Notes: generated from the sequence alone by a model not told the origin. 64,000 nt of DNA from Andalucia godoyi And28 (GCA_009859145.1 VRVR01000005.1:153448-217447); one strand, 5' to 3'; positions 20,664 to 31,786 are shown, numbered from the stretch's first letter. Made by a program: numbers and translations.

Positions 20664-22040
20664 ATGCCGCATGCATTTCTTTTGCGATCGTCACCATCTC
20701 GAACGACTCCGTCATCTTCCATTCTTTCACAACGTGCAAATTTCGCAATAACAGGTACCTCGTCGAGTGCACATCTGCATGGAAACGCAGCTGCATCTCC
20801 TGCGACTCCATTGCGTCGTCCTTCTTCGGCATCGTCGCAAAGGACAAACATTCAAAGCAGCCCTGTGCATGTTTACTCAAATGGAACAAGTTCCTCGGTT
20901 CGAAAGCCGTTTGCAGCGGGACAACCGGCACCAATGCTGTTCGGATCTCCTCCACCAATCCCGAAAGGTAGTCGAATTTCACAATCCCATTCCGCACGAA
21001 GAGCTTCGAGACATGAGTATCTCTCAAGAGGTCGCGGCAGCGATCAACGTGATCAGCAATTTGAAGAAGGAAATGGTGACGAAGAACAACAGAAGCACAA
21101 CCGACTGTCGAGTAATTTCATCGACGAAGAAGATGCTGAAAATGTGCAGTTTGTCTATGGACCCATGGTGGATGTTATGAGAGAAGCGCAGGGAAGAATA
21201 TCGCGGGTTGCTCCGCAGCTGAATCTCCATGTTTTGGATCCGGCACACGCGGAACAGGCTTTTGCAACCACTCCAGATGTTGCGTTTGATTTGAAGAACT
21301 GGGAAGCATACGTCCACACAGTCTTGCAAGATTCGCGGAAGCTAGATGTGGACTCGCTGTCGCAGTTCAAATATCATAATCCCAATGTTCTGCGGGAGGA
21401 CCAGGTTTATGACGTATCGGATGCAAGACATTTCATGATGGCACACCAGGGACTTGCAGCCTCCACAAGAGAAAGGTTTGAGGAATTGACCAGGGAAGTT
21501 GCGTACTTGATTTCAGAGGCCGGGGTGTCGGGTAAGATGGTTCGATTATTCAGGCTGCTGCATGAAGAGTTGGATGGTTTGCAGTTGATTAAGGAGCATC
21601 TGTCTTCTGAGCATTCCCTATTGGCGAATGTCAAGGATGAGATTTCCAATCAAGTTGCAAGATTGCAGGCTCTCAAATCCTCTCTTGAAGATGAACTGGA
21701 AAAGGAGAAGGCGAGATTCAGCGATTGGACAAAAGAATTACAAGATCGGCTCCAATCAGCACGCAAAGAGACTCTAGTGTGGGCTGAAGAAGTTCGGAAG
21801 ATCGATGCTATTGTTCGAAATGCAGAGACGATGCATGCAGTTCTTTTCAAACCAACGGGAATGTCAAATGCGGACAAGGAAAGAGGATTTCACTACGCCA
21901 ATCCGGTGCCCATTGACTCGCAAACGTCACTTGCCCGTGACTTCGCGATCCGACCGCAGGATGCGTGGATCCGCTGGCTGGACAGGCAAGCATCCACGAT
22001 GCGTGAAGTTGTCGAGCGTCTCCGCAGTGGTGCCATGTAA
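20664..22040 (+). CDS. Hypothetical protein: Ser/Pro-rich N-terminus and coiled-coil C-terminal half
   Basis: ATG at 20664 after an A-rich leader; 458-aa open frame; heptad-like region around LKSSLEDELEKEKARF. Confidence 0.7.
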   Translation: MPHAFLLRSSPSRTTPSSSILSQRANFAITGTSSSAHLHGNAAASPATPLRRPSSASSQRTNIQSSPVHVYSNGTSSSVRKPFAAGQPAPMLFGSPPPIPKGSRISQSHSARRASRHEYLSRGRGSDQRDQQFEEGNGDEEQQKHNRLSSNFIDEEDAENVQFVYGPMVDVMREAQGRISRVAPQLNLHVLDPAHAEQAFATTPDVAFDLKNWEAYVHTVLQDSRKLDVDSLSQFKYHNPNVLREDQVYDVSDARHFMMAHQGLAASTRERFEELTREVAYLISEAGVSGKMVRLFRLLHEELDGLQLIKEHLSSEHSLLANVKDEISNQVARLQALKSSLEDELEKEKARFSDWTKELQDRLQSARKETLVWAEEVRKIDAIVRNAETMHAVLFKPTGMSNADKERGFHYANPVPIDSQTSLARDFAIRPQDAWIRWLDRQASTMREVVERLRSGAM

Positions 22041-22244
22041 GCTTCCTGAGACCGCACGTGAAGTTGCGGGGGTCCGTGATTTCGTGGTTGCGTGAATCCT
22101 TTTGCTAGAAATGAAGAGTGAACGTTGTTTACTCCTTTTCGGTTTGAAGAAAAAAATTACTTAATGTTGTTTTCCTTTGTGGAGCACACAGATACTCGAG
22201 TCTTCTTCTCAAACGCATCTGCGCAGACAAGATGCTAAATCTGA

Positions 22245-24830
22245 CTATGCGGGAGAGGAAACTGACGTGAAAGACAGAACCCGGACAACTGGTCGAGACA
22301 AAATATCGCCTCTGGACTCGAGAAGGTCATGCATTTTGACACAGCGGAGAACATCCATTCCAGTGACAATACGCATATCGTACTTAGTGACATAACCTTT
22401 GGTGTTGAAATGTTCGAGAACTGCGGTTTTGGCTTCCTTGTAGAAATACGGAGAGATATGACAAGACTGACACAAGTCAACTTCATCATCTTGCAATTCG
22501 AAAAAGCACGGCTCGTGGCTGACATCAATACCGGAGCCCCACTTTGGTTGGACAGGAACAAGTGAGGAAAGACCGATCAACCAGGCTTCGAAATCTGTAT
22601 CGGAATCGGCTACAACATCCAAAGTCTGTTTTGACTTGCCGTAATAGAGAGAGAAGGACCGGTAGAATTCTGGAGAACCAAAGGAGACGCCCCATTTCGC
22701 GAATAATGGTGAATATTGCCCGAGAACAAAGAGACGGACTTCTTCAAGGTTGACCGATTTCAGCGATCTGGCAACGTATTTGTCGCGCTCCTTACCAGGC
22801 CCAACTGACATCGCAGCATCCCAGTCTCTGACATCACAAAAGCAAAGACTCTTGCAATCAGATGACAAGAAAAAGTGCTTTTCTCCCGGCTTTGAAAACG
22901 GACGATACTTGGTTAGGTTGGTACCGTGCTGTAAAAACAAAATGACCTTCTCAACAAGGTCTTTGAGCTTCTTATCCTGCATTTCAGCATCTCTCAACAA
23001 GTTCTGCTCTTTCGCCCGCAGTCGGTCCCAATCTTCAACGCTCCAGTCCACAGGATGCTGGTCCATGTATCGCAGCGCATTGGACAATCCCTTGCTGTCA
23101 TCTGTCACTGCATTTAGTGAGATTTCCCTGTCATCAACACCCGCCTTGATGGTCTCGAATGTTTTCTTCAGAGAGGAAAGAAGATCCTTGTTAAGAGGTT
23201 CCCGGAGCACTGCATACTCTGGATCTCCGTCCTTCTCTGCAACTCCCTTCGAAGATATAACCTGTGATCTCCAGATGGCTCGCTGATCTGCCCACTGTTT
23301 TCGCTGTTCTGTCCGAGATGACCGAATAGACTCGTATGATTCGATGCGGTGAGTCATGGCTGCTCGAATCTCATCCTGAGCCAAGTCGCGTTTCCTCTCC
23401 AACGTACTTAGATGCATCCTCTTGTCTGAAATGGAACGTGAAAGCAGATTGATCTTTTCCTTTTCAGTCTCCGTATCCAATTTCGTCTGAGAGAGTTGTT
23501 GGTTCATCTCATTCACCTGTTTCTCAAATGCTTTTGGATCGTCACTCGCCAACTTCAACCGCAACACAGAGATGGCTGTAGAAGCTTCCGTAAGTTGATG
23601 TTGCGCATGATGAATATCGGATCTCAGAGCACTCATTGTTTCTTGTGCAAGCTTCGACACTTGTTCGTCAATTTGTTTTTGCAGCTCGGACTCTTTCTGC
23701 TTGGATTCCGCTTCCAGCTTGGCCCTTTTCAAGCAAATGGTCGACTCTAAACTCGTCAGCTCGCTGGAGGACAGTTTTGCGCCTCCTGTCACAGCAAGAG
23801 CGAGTGAAAATTCAAACTGCAAGCGCTTCATTTCTCGGTCCAACACGCACTTGTCAATTTTGAAATCTCGTCCAAAAGGTTGCACAGTCGCTCCTTTCAG
23901 CCCTCCGATTCTCGAAACAAATTGCAGTGCGAAGAATGATTCTTCGATATTGTCAACCGATACATTCACATGACTGCCAAGTATTACATGGTACAACGAA
24001 CCTGTGCCCATGACCAACTGCAACAACGCAGTGACATCTGCTCGATGAGCTGGCACGCGTAATCGATGCATCGTGATGGCATTCATGACGTCACCAAAGC
24101 AAGACATGCATTTCTGCAGATACGAAAAATTTCGGTCTCCAAGAAGCAACAAAGATTTTCGGGACATCCATTCCAATGAGACCACATCAACGAACAACAT
24201 GACCAAAGATTCTGATACCCAAATGATGGCAACCCGATGATAAGACTCAAACAAATCAATACTTCGATATGCTGCATCCGCAGTTTTGAACGATTGGTCG
24301 TCTGAAATGAGACTCGATACCGAGTGTTTCGATACCGACAAGTCCAATTTCATACGATGTACTCCAATTCGTGCACCAGGATTCTGTGGATCCAAGAGAT
24401 CGACCAACGAGCTGTTGCGAAGTGCAAACAGCGAGATCGATGCCGAGGGATTTGATTTTGCAAGATGTGAAAGAATAGAAGACAGCACTGAGACACCGCA
24501 GCCATCGGATGGGCTTCCAAAATGGGCGTTGTCGCGTGAACTCTTGGCGGTTCCCAGTGAAAAAGACACCACGCATTTCCCATTAGCAATTTGTGAAATT
24601 GCGTTATTTGAAATGCGATCCACAATGTGGGCCGCTGTTTTCTTTTCCAATACATTCGGAATCTCAAATTTTCGTGATTTGTACGGAAAATCCTTTGTTC
24701 CCGGTGGAACATTGAAGATGCAGGAGCTGTTGGAGGTCGGGTCAATCGTACAGCAAACAGGACCATCAGCGGAATCCAGGTGCAGAAAGGATTCTATTGT
24801 TACAGAATCGGTGGAATTTCGATTAGTCAT
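22245..24830 (-). CDS. Inactive kinesin-like protein: degenerate motor + coiled coil + PH domain + SWIRM/HTH-like C-terminus (TbPH1-like architecture)
   Basis: ATG at 24830. Motor relics SLFALRNSSLVDLL, LFVDVVSLE and VPAHRADVTALLQ. PH domain LQHGTNLTKY...TLDVVADSDTDFEAWLIGL. C-terminal DEVDLCQSCHISPYFYKEAK...MDVLRCVKMHDLL resembles the ADA2 SWIRM domain. Confidence 0.75.
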   Translation of the reverse strand: MTNRNSTDSVTIESFLHLDSADGPVCCTIDPTSNSSCIFNVPPGTKDFPYKSRKFEIPNVLEKKTAAHIVDRISNNAISQIANGKCVVSFSLGTAKSSRDNAHFGSPSDGCGVSVLSSILSHLAKSNPSASISLFALRNSSLVDLLDPQNPGARIGVHRMKLDLSVSKHSVSSLISDDQSFKTADAAYRSIDLFESYHRVAIIWVSESLVMLFVDVVSLEWMSRKSLLLLGDRNFSYLQKCMSCFGDVMNAITMHRLRVPAHRADVTALLQLVMGTGSLYHVILGSHVNVSVDNIEESFFALQFVSRIGGLKGATVQPFGRDFKIDKCVLDREMKRLQFEFSLALAVTGGAKLSSSELTSLESTICLKRAKLEAESKQKESELQKQIDEQVSKLAQETMSALRSDIHHAQHQLTEASTAISVLRLKLASDDPKAFEKQVNEMNQQLSQTKLDTETEKEKINLLSRSISDKRMHLSTLERKRDLAQDEIRAAMTHRIESYESIRSSRTEQRKQWADQRAIWRSQVISSKGVAEKDGDPEYAVLREPLNKDLLSSLKKTFETIKAGVDDREISLNAVTDDSKGLSNALRYMDQHPVDWSVEDWDRLRAKEQNLLRDAEMQDKKLKDLVEKVILFLQHGTNLTKYRPFSKPGEKHFFLSSDCKSLCFCDVRDWDAAMSVGPGKERDKYVARSLKSVNLEEVRLFVLGQYSPLFAKWGVSFGSPEFYRSFSLYYGKSKQTLDVVADSDTDFEAWLIGLSSLVPVQPKWGSGIDVSHEPCFFELQDDEVDLCQSCHISPYFYKEAKTAVLEHFNTKGYVTKYDMRIVTGMDVLRCVKMHDLLESRGDILSRPVVRVLSFTSVSSPA

Positions 24831-25225
24831 TTCTCGTAATTGAAGTGGGAACACCGCTGGTGTATGAGACGAAACAATTAAATTGTTCAGTCATCGGGAG
24901 AAGAAAAACCAAGAACAGTGAAAAACGTCGAGCAAAAAATTGAAGACAACGAATCGTTAAAAAACAATCGCATTTGTTACAGTGGATATCCTGCACATTG
25001 TTTTCGAAATTTCTCAGAAAAATATCCTGTCAGAAACCCAACAATGACAGGCTGCTCAGAATTCGTTTCAGATTCAGATTTAGTTTTTTTGGCCCAAACA
25101 ATTTTTTTTCTGAACCCCCCGCTGACTTCCGGCGACCCTTCACCTCGCCGAACGTGCGTCCAGATTCCCCCGCCCCTCCCGTTCATTTTTGCGCGCGCGA
25201 CGCTCGAGACAAATCTTGCTTCACC

Positions 25226-26356
25226 ATGTCTGCCGACGCCGTGACCGCGGAGGCGCTCGCTACTCAGAAGCTGAAGCCCCGGTACTCCACAGCGGAGTAT
25301 CATACGATTGCTGCTTTTTCTCCAGAAGCACGCTGACGAGCTCTCGAGTCTGTTCGTCGATGCTGTCAGCCGAAATTCGAAAGGCGGTGGGATCCCAAGC
25401 TCGTCGTTGCAGTCTGGGCGCCGCACCATGTTTGAAACGAAGCGACAATTCTGGGCGTATGTCGTCGAGAATGCACGGAGCGAGGCGAAACTGAACGCCG
25501 TGTTTCCCGAGCCTATTCCGGGATCCCTTCGTCCACTGGACCCAAACAGGACTGGTGACGCTGTCTGCGAGCACTACAATTCGGCGCTTGTGAAGCAGTA
25601 TCGGACAGGGAAGCGGCAGTATATTGGGCTGACTGGCAACCAGGATCCTTCGGATGCCGACCTCGAGCACAAACTGCGTGATTCGCGTTCGACGTCGAGA
25701 AGCGAGGAACAAGTATCCGCGGTCATGCAACAGATCAGTAAATACCGGAAGGCGTATCCCAAATGGCAGGAACAGGAGCCCCTGATGAAGACATGGACCG
25801 CATCAAACAAATGCAACCTCGAGTGACGTTGCCGTACGCGATTTCCGGCGAAGACGTCGCTGCGAACCCCGCGACTGTGGACAAGACGATCGAAGAATTG
25901 CAGGGCTTGAACGGTGCGGACCCAGGAGGGTGGCAGGAAGAAGGGGACTTGTCTTCCCCACCGGAACCGGGTGCGCCATCACGGAAACGACGACGGACGC
26001 GGCAGCGGATGGTCGAAGTGGATGCTGACGAGCGTTTTTTCGAGAAGATGGACAGCAGTGCGGAAAAATTCGTCACGCAGCTCTCCGAGTGTTGCTCTTG
26101 CACGATCAGCGTTGTCACACCAACCACCTCTCCTGGCGCACCACACGGCCTTCCGGAGGAATGGCAGAGGCAGTTGTAAGCGACGAACTCGCGTCTCAAT
26201 GAGTTGCGTTCCGAAATGAGAGTGGTCAACGAGCTTCGTGAAGACGTGAGAGCGCTGATGGGCGGCAGGCACGGTCGAGTGCAACCAACTCGACGGTCGA
26301 GGAGAATATGTGACCTCGACGGTGATATCAAATGCAGGTTTTACCTTTACCTCTAA
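25226..26356 (+). pseudogene. Myb/SANT(MADF)-like DNA-binding accessory gene of a Harbinger element, frameshifted
   Basis: ATG at 25226 gives KPRYSTAEYHT, a +1 shift gives LLFLQKH...KRQFWAYV, and a second shift gives EDMDRIKQMQPRV. Premature TAA at 26177-26179 precedes a coiled-coil tail. Converges on the transposase remnant. Confidence 0.55.
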
Positions 26357-26934
26357 TCGTGGTTCTGAGAGTCCGATACTCCCGAAAGTTCTCTGGTACA
26401 TCGTCATGCGCGAGAACGAAGTTGTGTAGTGCTGCACATGCGACGATCACGCCTCAAATGAAGGGAATCGATCGGAATTCCATCCTATGCTTGAGTATTC
26501 GCCATCGGTTCTTACGATCCCCCAGAGGCAGCGTCGTCCGCAAAAGAACGCGTTAAATCGGTGGTTGCGAATCTTCTGCTCTCGGTTTGCCCCCTCGTTG
26601 TTGTACCGCCGTTTTTTCCACTGCGGTGCTTCCTCGGATATGGTGACCTCATTCATCCGAAACCAAGTTGTGAACGAGGCCTGCAATGGATAGCCTGCGT
26701 CGGCGGACACGTAGTATCCGTTGTTGGCAAAGTTGTCTCGCCGCTTCAAAACCATGACTCCTTCAGAGCCGTGGAATCGTGAGTCGAGCGTAGACATATG
26801 AGCAACATGTCGGTTATCGTGGGAAGCGCAAGCACGGAAAAATCAGTCGAACCATCGTCCAAAACATCCCGAAACAATGAAATACAGAACAAACATTCTA
26901 CAGCTGGAAGCCCATTGAAATCGGAACAACACAC
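26328..26934 (-). pseudogene. PIF/Harbinger (HARBI1-like, DDE_Tnp_4) transposase remnant
   Basis: Across three frames: STHDSTALKES, GYYVSADAGYP, HRFN and KNRWRILKHRMEF...*GVIVACAALHNF. Contains frameshifts and an internal TGA; the N-terminal half is not found. Confidence 0.85.
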
Positions 26935-27359
26935 CGATGTGCTAAAGGATTGACAAAGCGAACTGCCAAAATATAAAGAATTCGTTTTTATAAGGCTCCA
27001 GTATCGGCAAACCAGTTGTCGAGCGTAACATCCATCGCTCGTCTTTCACGTCGAGCAACCATCGAATACTGTACTGGACAACATGAAAGACCTCCAGAAA
27101 AAAACTGCTCCAGCGCTAAATTCAGTTCGGGCAGGGGGGAATCGCATCCGAAGACAATGAATGGCAGTGGCGCAGGGGAAATGGGAAAATTCAACCTTCA
27201 ACAAAAAGGTGGGGGAAAGGTCCCGGTCGTCGCCGAATTACAGGGTTTTTGTCATTCTATCTGGCAGTTTCGGCATAAATACTTTGGTTCTTAAGAGACA
27301 TTCGCATTTCGGTGAAGAATAACAGCATTTGCGTAAAACACCAGGGGGGGGGGGGGGGG

Positions 27360-28632
27360 TTGAAATGCCAACTGCGCCAAAAGGTTTGTTAGCTACCCGT
27401 GGAATGTGAAACGTGCGTTTCAAACAGGGGTAACGGAGGGAAACAGAAAATAAAATGCACAAAGTGCAAACTGTCCGACACGTCTTAAAAGATCTAGCCA
27501 CAAAGCGTTACTGCCCCGAAGATGATAAGAATTCTGTGCACAAAGCAAGATGTGATTACATGATTCAAAAACGCTTCTCAACGAAGAAACTCCTTCGCGA
27601 AAAGAGTGCAGGACAGACCAACCTTCCGAACTGGCCTGTTCTTCCAAGTCAGTTCTTTGTTTGATGAGGCATCAAATGACAACTATGCGTGTCGGAAGAA
27701 AACAAGAAACGGTACTCGATACTGTCGTCTTTTAAGCAAGTCGGTAAGTGGACACATGTAATGGGCCACATCCTGAGACTATTCAGTGCAGAAGAGTGAT
27801 GTATCCAATTACGGGAGAATGCAGCACACAACATAGCATAATAAAAGCAGCCAAATGTTTCGGCACTTCTACAAATCCACTCTTGACTCTTCTTTGATTT
27901 GCCAACAAGCCACGGCTCAAGAATAAGACAAGATCGAGAATATCAACTTGCGTGATTGTCAGCTTACTTCCGTCTCAAAAAGTGGTCTGGAATGTAAGTG
28001 TTCATCTAGAATGCCAGCTGATGCTTTTCAGGTCAAGAGTTCGCTGTCATGACGTTTCCACAGTTCACGAACAGGCTCAGTTGGCATGTTATTCTTTCCA
28101 TGACCCAGCATGTTCTGTCGTCATAAGAAAAAACTGACTACTTTGTGAGATGTGACCTGCACCGCTTACCTTTCATCTGATAGTTGAAGAATTCATATCC
28201 ATCGCGGCTGATAGTGTTTCGTCCTTGAACAACAGCCACAGAATGTTTCGAAAAGCGGCATCCTCGTGGACAGTAGATTAATCAGTGGGTGTTCCAGTTC
28301 CAGGAACTCTTATGTATGGTATGGATGACTGGTTGGATTTCTTTTCTATTTTTTTGTTAAAAAGCACAGTAGTGGCACAACGATTAGCACTTGGCAACCC
28401 AGATGGAATGTTTGAACTCCGAATGACAGTGTCGGCTCGCCCTTCATTTCGTCTGCTTATCGACGAAATTTTGCCGAGATATCGGTTCACGTCCTCGTTG
28501 AACTCAACGGTCGGAAATGACGTTGTCCAATGTGTTCTCTTTGCATTGCAGACTGAGGTTAGCAGTGTTGGAAATGCTCGTTTCGCATTCCACGGGTAGC
28601 TAGCAAATGTTTTGGCGCAGTTGGGATTTCAA
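27360..28632. mobile_element. Non-autonomous TIR element (MITE-like), 1273 bp
   Basis: 66-bp imperfect terminal inverted repeats, 27360-27425 versus 28567-28632, 58/66 identical by manual alignment. No intact internal ORF. Confidence 0.75.
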
Positions 28633-29262
28633 TAGGTAACACATTGATGCGCGGTTCCATCGACGTGCAACAGCTTTCGCATGACATTTCCATTCGCATT
28701 AATCTTGAAAGAAGATCCGTCGGTTCGAAGCCTCCTTTTATCCTGGGCTGCTCTTGCTGATTTTTAATCTTTTTTGTCAGGATTGTTAAATTGGCGTGCC
28801 TGTAGCTTGCAGTTTCTCCTTCCAAGAAAATGTGCATTTCTGGAACTTCCTCCCGACTTGTCCCTCTGATTCTCTACATGGAAACATGCTGTCGTGCGCT
28901 CCTCGAAACAAAGTTCTTCTGCCAATACCATGTAAGTGTTGTGTCGACGTGGTCTTTGTTTTCTTTGTTTTTCTCTGCCTTTCGTTGCCACGTAAAGTGT
29001 TCATTGATATATATATATATACATATTTATATATATTGTTTTTTGTCCAGTGGCCTCGGATTTGAGTCATTTTCGTCTGTTGTTTTCCGATATGGCGAAT
29101 GTGGCAAGAATTATCCATCATCGAGGTGAGTTGAAAAACGACTTTACAACGTGTCCATAACTTTGCACGGCACAAAAACACACAGGAAAAGAGTGCCGGC
29201 TATTCGAATGCAAGTTCTTTCTCGTTGACAAACAGAAGAAGAGCCAGCGAATTGCAAGCGAT

Positions 29263-31143
29263 TTATGATCTTCTGTTGGGAGCCTTTTTGGAGGAAGTTT
29301 GGCCGGCAGGAGAACCCACTGCAGGTTGTCCGCCCTTTTCTCGCTCTCGCTTGGAGATGACTCTCGAAGACCTCGCTTTAAGCTCATCACGCGTGAGCGG
29401 CCGATCATCATCCTCTGCGTCTCCATCGGAATCAGCATCATCGCCGAACTCGTCTCCGGTTGACGGAGGCTGAATTGAAATGTGCTGCGATCCAGCAGGA
29501 GCAGCTGGACCCGGAAATGCTGCAAGGCTTCGTGTGGATGCAGCATTTGCATTTCCGTTGCTTGATGCGTTCTGAAGATCAGCATCTGCAGAAGCCTCCA
29601 ACTGCAACAGATCGTCGTCTGCCATAGTTTGGTCGATTGATCGCTGAAGCAAACCATTATACGAAGCCAACAGCTCGTTGGTGCGCTGCTCAATGACTCC
29701 GAGATAGAGCATCATATTGCTCTCTGTAACGTTGGTGACAGCAGCATGAGTGCTATTTGCGTCATCCGCATTATCTGACGCCGCAGGTTTAGAAAGGGCA
29801 CTGGTGTCAGCAGAAACGGACTCTGCATCACATCCAGCACGATCAAATACACCTTGAATTCCTCCCTTAAGCTCATTGAGAATTCGCTGTGCATCTTCTG
29901 CGCGGGTTTCAAACTCTTGTGCACGAGCCTCGGTCTTTGCCAACCGATCGCCCAGATCCGTGAGAATGCGTTTGCGCTGCGAATCCGATGACGCACCAGC
30001 TCCCTTGAATCTGTCCATTTCTCCACGGATTTCTGTAATCTGTTCTTCCAAACGCTCAATCTCGTTGTTGAGCTCGTTGACGTAGTTGAACAGGGAGAAG
30101 TTCCGGTCCTCGGCAACAACGAACTTGTCGACCAATTCATCCATATCTTGGATTCCTGTCGCAGATCGGATCTTTGCAACTGCCGATTCATATTCTGCAG
30201 CTTTTTCACTGGCTTCTTGTTGTAACGCACGATCGCGAGATGCGACAACGGCGGCCTTCGATTGCGAATGAGAACCGGAGGCCTTGGTTGGGGATTGGGC
30301 ATCGTTTCCGTCCTCCCCCGTCGCAGCCCCGTCGGCCCCGCTTCCGGAACCACCTGCAGCGCCTCCAGTGCGATTGCGCTCCTTCGCCTTCAAGAACTCC
30401 TTCTGTTTGCGATCGTTTTCAAGAGTCCGTTCCAACTTGCGGAATTCGTCGTCGATTGCAGCCATTTCACGCTCTGCAAGCTGTCGCTGTGCAGCCAGCT
30501 CATTCTGTGCAGCATCGCGCTCTTCATAAGCAAGATTGGAAACTTCAATGACCCCTGCCATTCCACGTTTCTTTTCGTGCAGCTCCCGCTCAAGTTTCTT
30601 GTAAATTCCGTCAAAAACAACTCGTTCCTGGCGAAGATTATCGATATCTTCTCGAAGCGTGCGGTTAACTGCGAGTGCTTCATTAAACTTCACAAGAGCT
30701 TTGTCCAATCGGTTCTCAAGAATGCGAACCTGCTTGTCCACCGCGGCTGCAGTTTCCTTGATGGCAGACTCTCCGCCTGTTGACTCCTTCTTTTCTTTGT
30801 ATTTGCCGGCGAACAGCTTGGACTGGCGATCTAGTTCATCGACACGGCGGCGTTCAGATTCAAGCTTCCGAGTGAGAGATTCGATTTGGTCCTGTAGCGA
30901 AGACACGCGAGAAGAGACTGCAACACTCTCCTTGTGCGAAAGCGGCTTTGAAAAGTGAGAAAGTTCTTCGCGCAAATGCTCGTTCTCGCTCTTCAGTTTA
31001 TCAATTGCTACTTTTTGCTTCTTGATCGTCGAAGATGCTTCTTCAGTGTAAGACCGACGGTCGCCCTCCATAATCCGATACTTGCGACTCAGTTCCGTCA
31101 GCTCCGCTTCCACAGCAGACTTATCTCCACCACCTTTTGACAT
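29263..31143 (-). CDS. ODAD1: Outer dynein arm docking complex subunit DC2 (ODA1/CCDC114/CCDC63 family)
   Basis: LSRKYRIMEGDRRSY, RILENRLDKALVKFNEALAVNRTLREDIDNLRQER, FVVAEDRNFSLFNYVNELN and NMMLYLGVIEQRTNELL motifs. Confidence 0.92.
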   Translation of the reverse strand: MSKGGGDKSAVEAELTELSRKYRIMEGDRRSYTEEASSTIKKQKVAIDKLKSENEHLREELSHFSKPLSHKESVAVSSRVSSLQDQIESLTRKLESERRRVDELDRQSKLFAGKYKEKKESTGGESAIKETAAAVDKQVRILENRLDKALVKFNEALAVNRTLREDIDNLRQERVVFDGIYKKLERELHEKKRGMAGVIEVSNLAYEERDAAQNELAAQRQLAEREMAAIDDEFRKLERTLENDRKQKEFLKAKERNRTGGAAGGSGSGADGAATGEDGNDAQSPTKASGSHSQSKAAVVASRDRALQQEASEKAAEYESAVAKIRSATGIQDMDELVDKFVVAEDRNFSLFNYVNELNNEIERLEEQITEIRGEMDRFKGAGASSDSQRKRILTDLGDRLAKTEARAQEFETRAEDAQRILNELKGGIQGVFDRAGCDAESVSADTSALSKPAASDNADDANSTHAAVTNVTESNMMLYLGVIEQRTNELLASYNGLLQRSIDQTMADDDLLQLEASADADLQNASSNGNANAASTRSLAAFPGPAAPAGSQHISIQPPSTGDEFGDDADSDGDAEDDDRPLTRDELKARSSRVISKREREKGGQPAVGSPAGQTSSKKAPNRRS

Positions 31144-31786
31144 TTCCCCCCTTCAATTTCGAATCTCGTTACTTAAGTTTTAAAAAAACAACAACAACAA
31201 ACAAACGAAAAAATGACCAAGAATCGATAAAGCAGAAAACTAATGCTGGACTAGATGCTGAAAAGGTGAAATGAAAAAAAGAAAAGAAAAAGAAAAGAAA
31301 AAAATGTAACAGAGAAAACGTGCATCACTTTGTGTGCCGAGAAAAAGCAGAGGAAAAAATGAATGAAGAAAAACCATCAAGACAACAACAGTCCAGTGTG
31401 GGGAAAACGTTTGCAACTGCCGAGAGCTGCGTCCATGTTTTGAAAGTCCCGAAATGTTTTATTCGCCCCCGATTTTATTGTTCCCGAAAAATGCTTGGCA
31501 AAGGTGTTCGATCGACTTGTCCGATTCCCCCATTTTTCGATTCACTCACATCTGCATTTCTCTCTCTGGTCTTTTTCTTCATCATCTTTTTCCTCCTCTT
31601 CTTCTTTTTCCTCCACCTCCTCTTCTTATTTCCCGTTTCGCTCCCCCCACTTCTTGTTGATTCCAGAATCAGTGAGCAACGCGCACCACCGGTTGCATTC
31701 TATCGGCAGCGCTATAGATCTTCGTTCTTCGGGTTCATTTCGTTTCGTGGAAAAACAGTCGACGGCTGCGGCAGCATTTACCAACA

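Larger units (their letters stand above)
25226..26934. mobile_element. Decayed two-gene PIF/Harbinger DNA transposon (termini not identified)
   Basis: Convergent Myb-like and DDE transposase remnants, the gene pair characteristic of Harbingers. Confidence 0.7.

Noticed and set aside
28630-28720. Minus-strand peptide LLHVDGTAH as the missing first catalytic Asp of the Harbinger transposase
   Set aside because: The spacing to the HDS motif would be far too long even after removing the TIR element, and the context does not match GAIDGTH.
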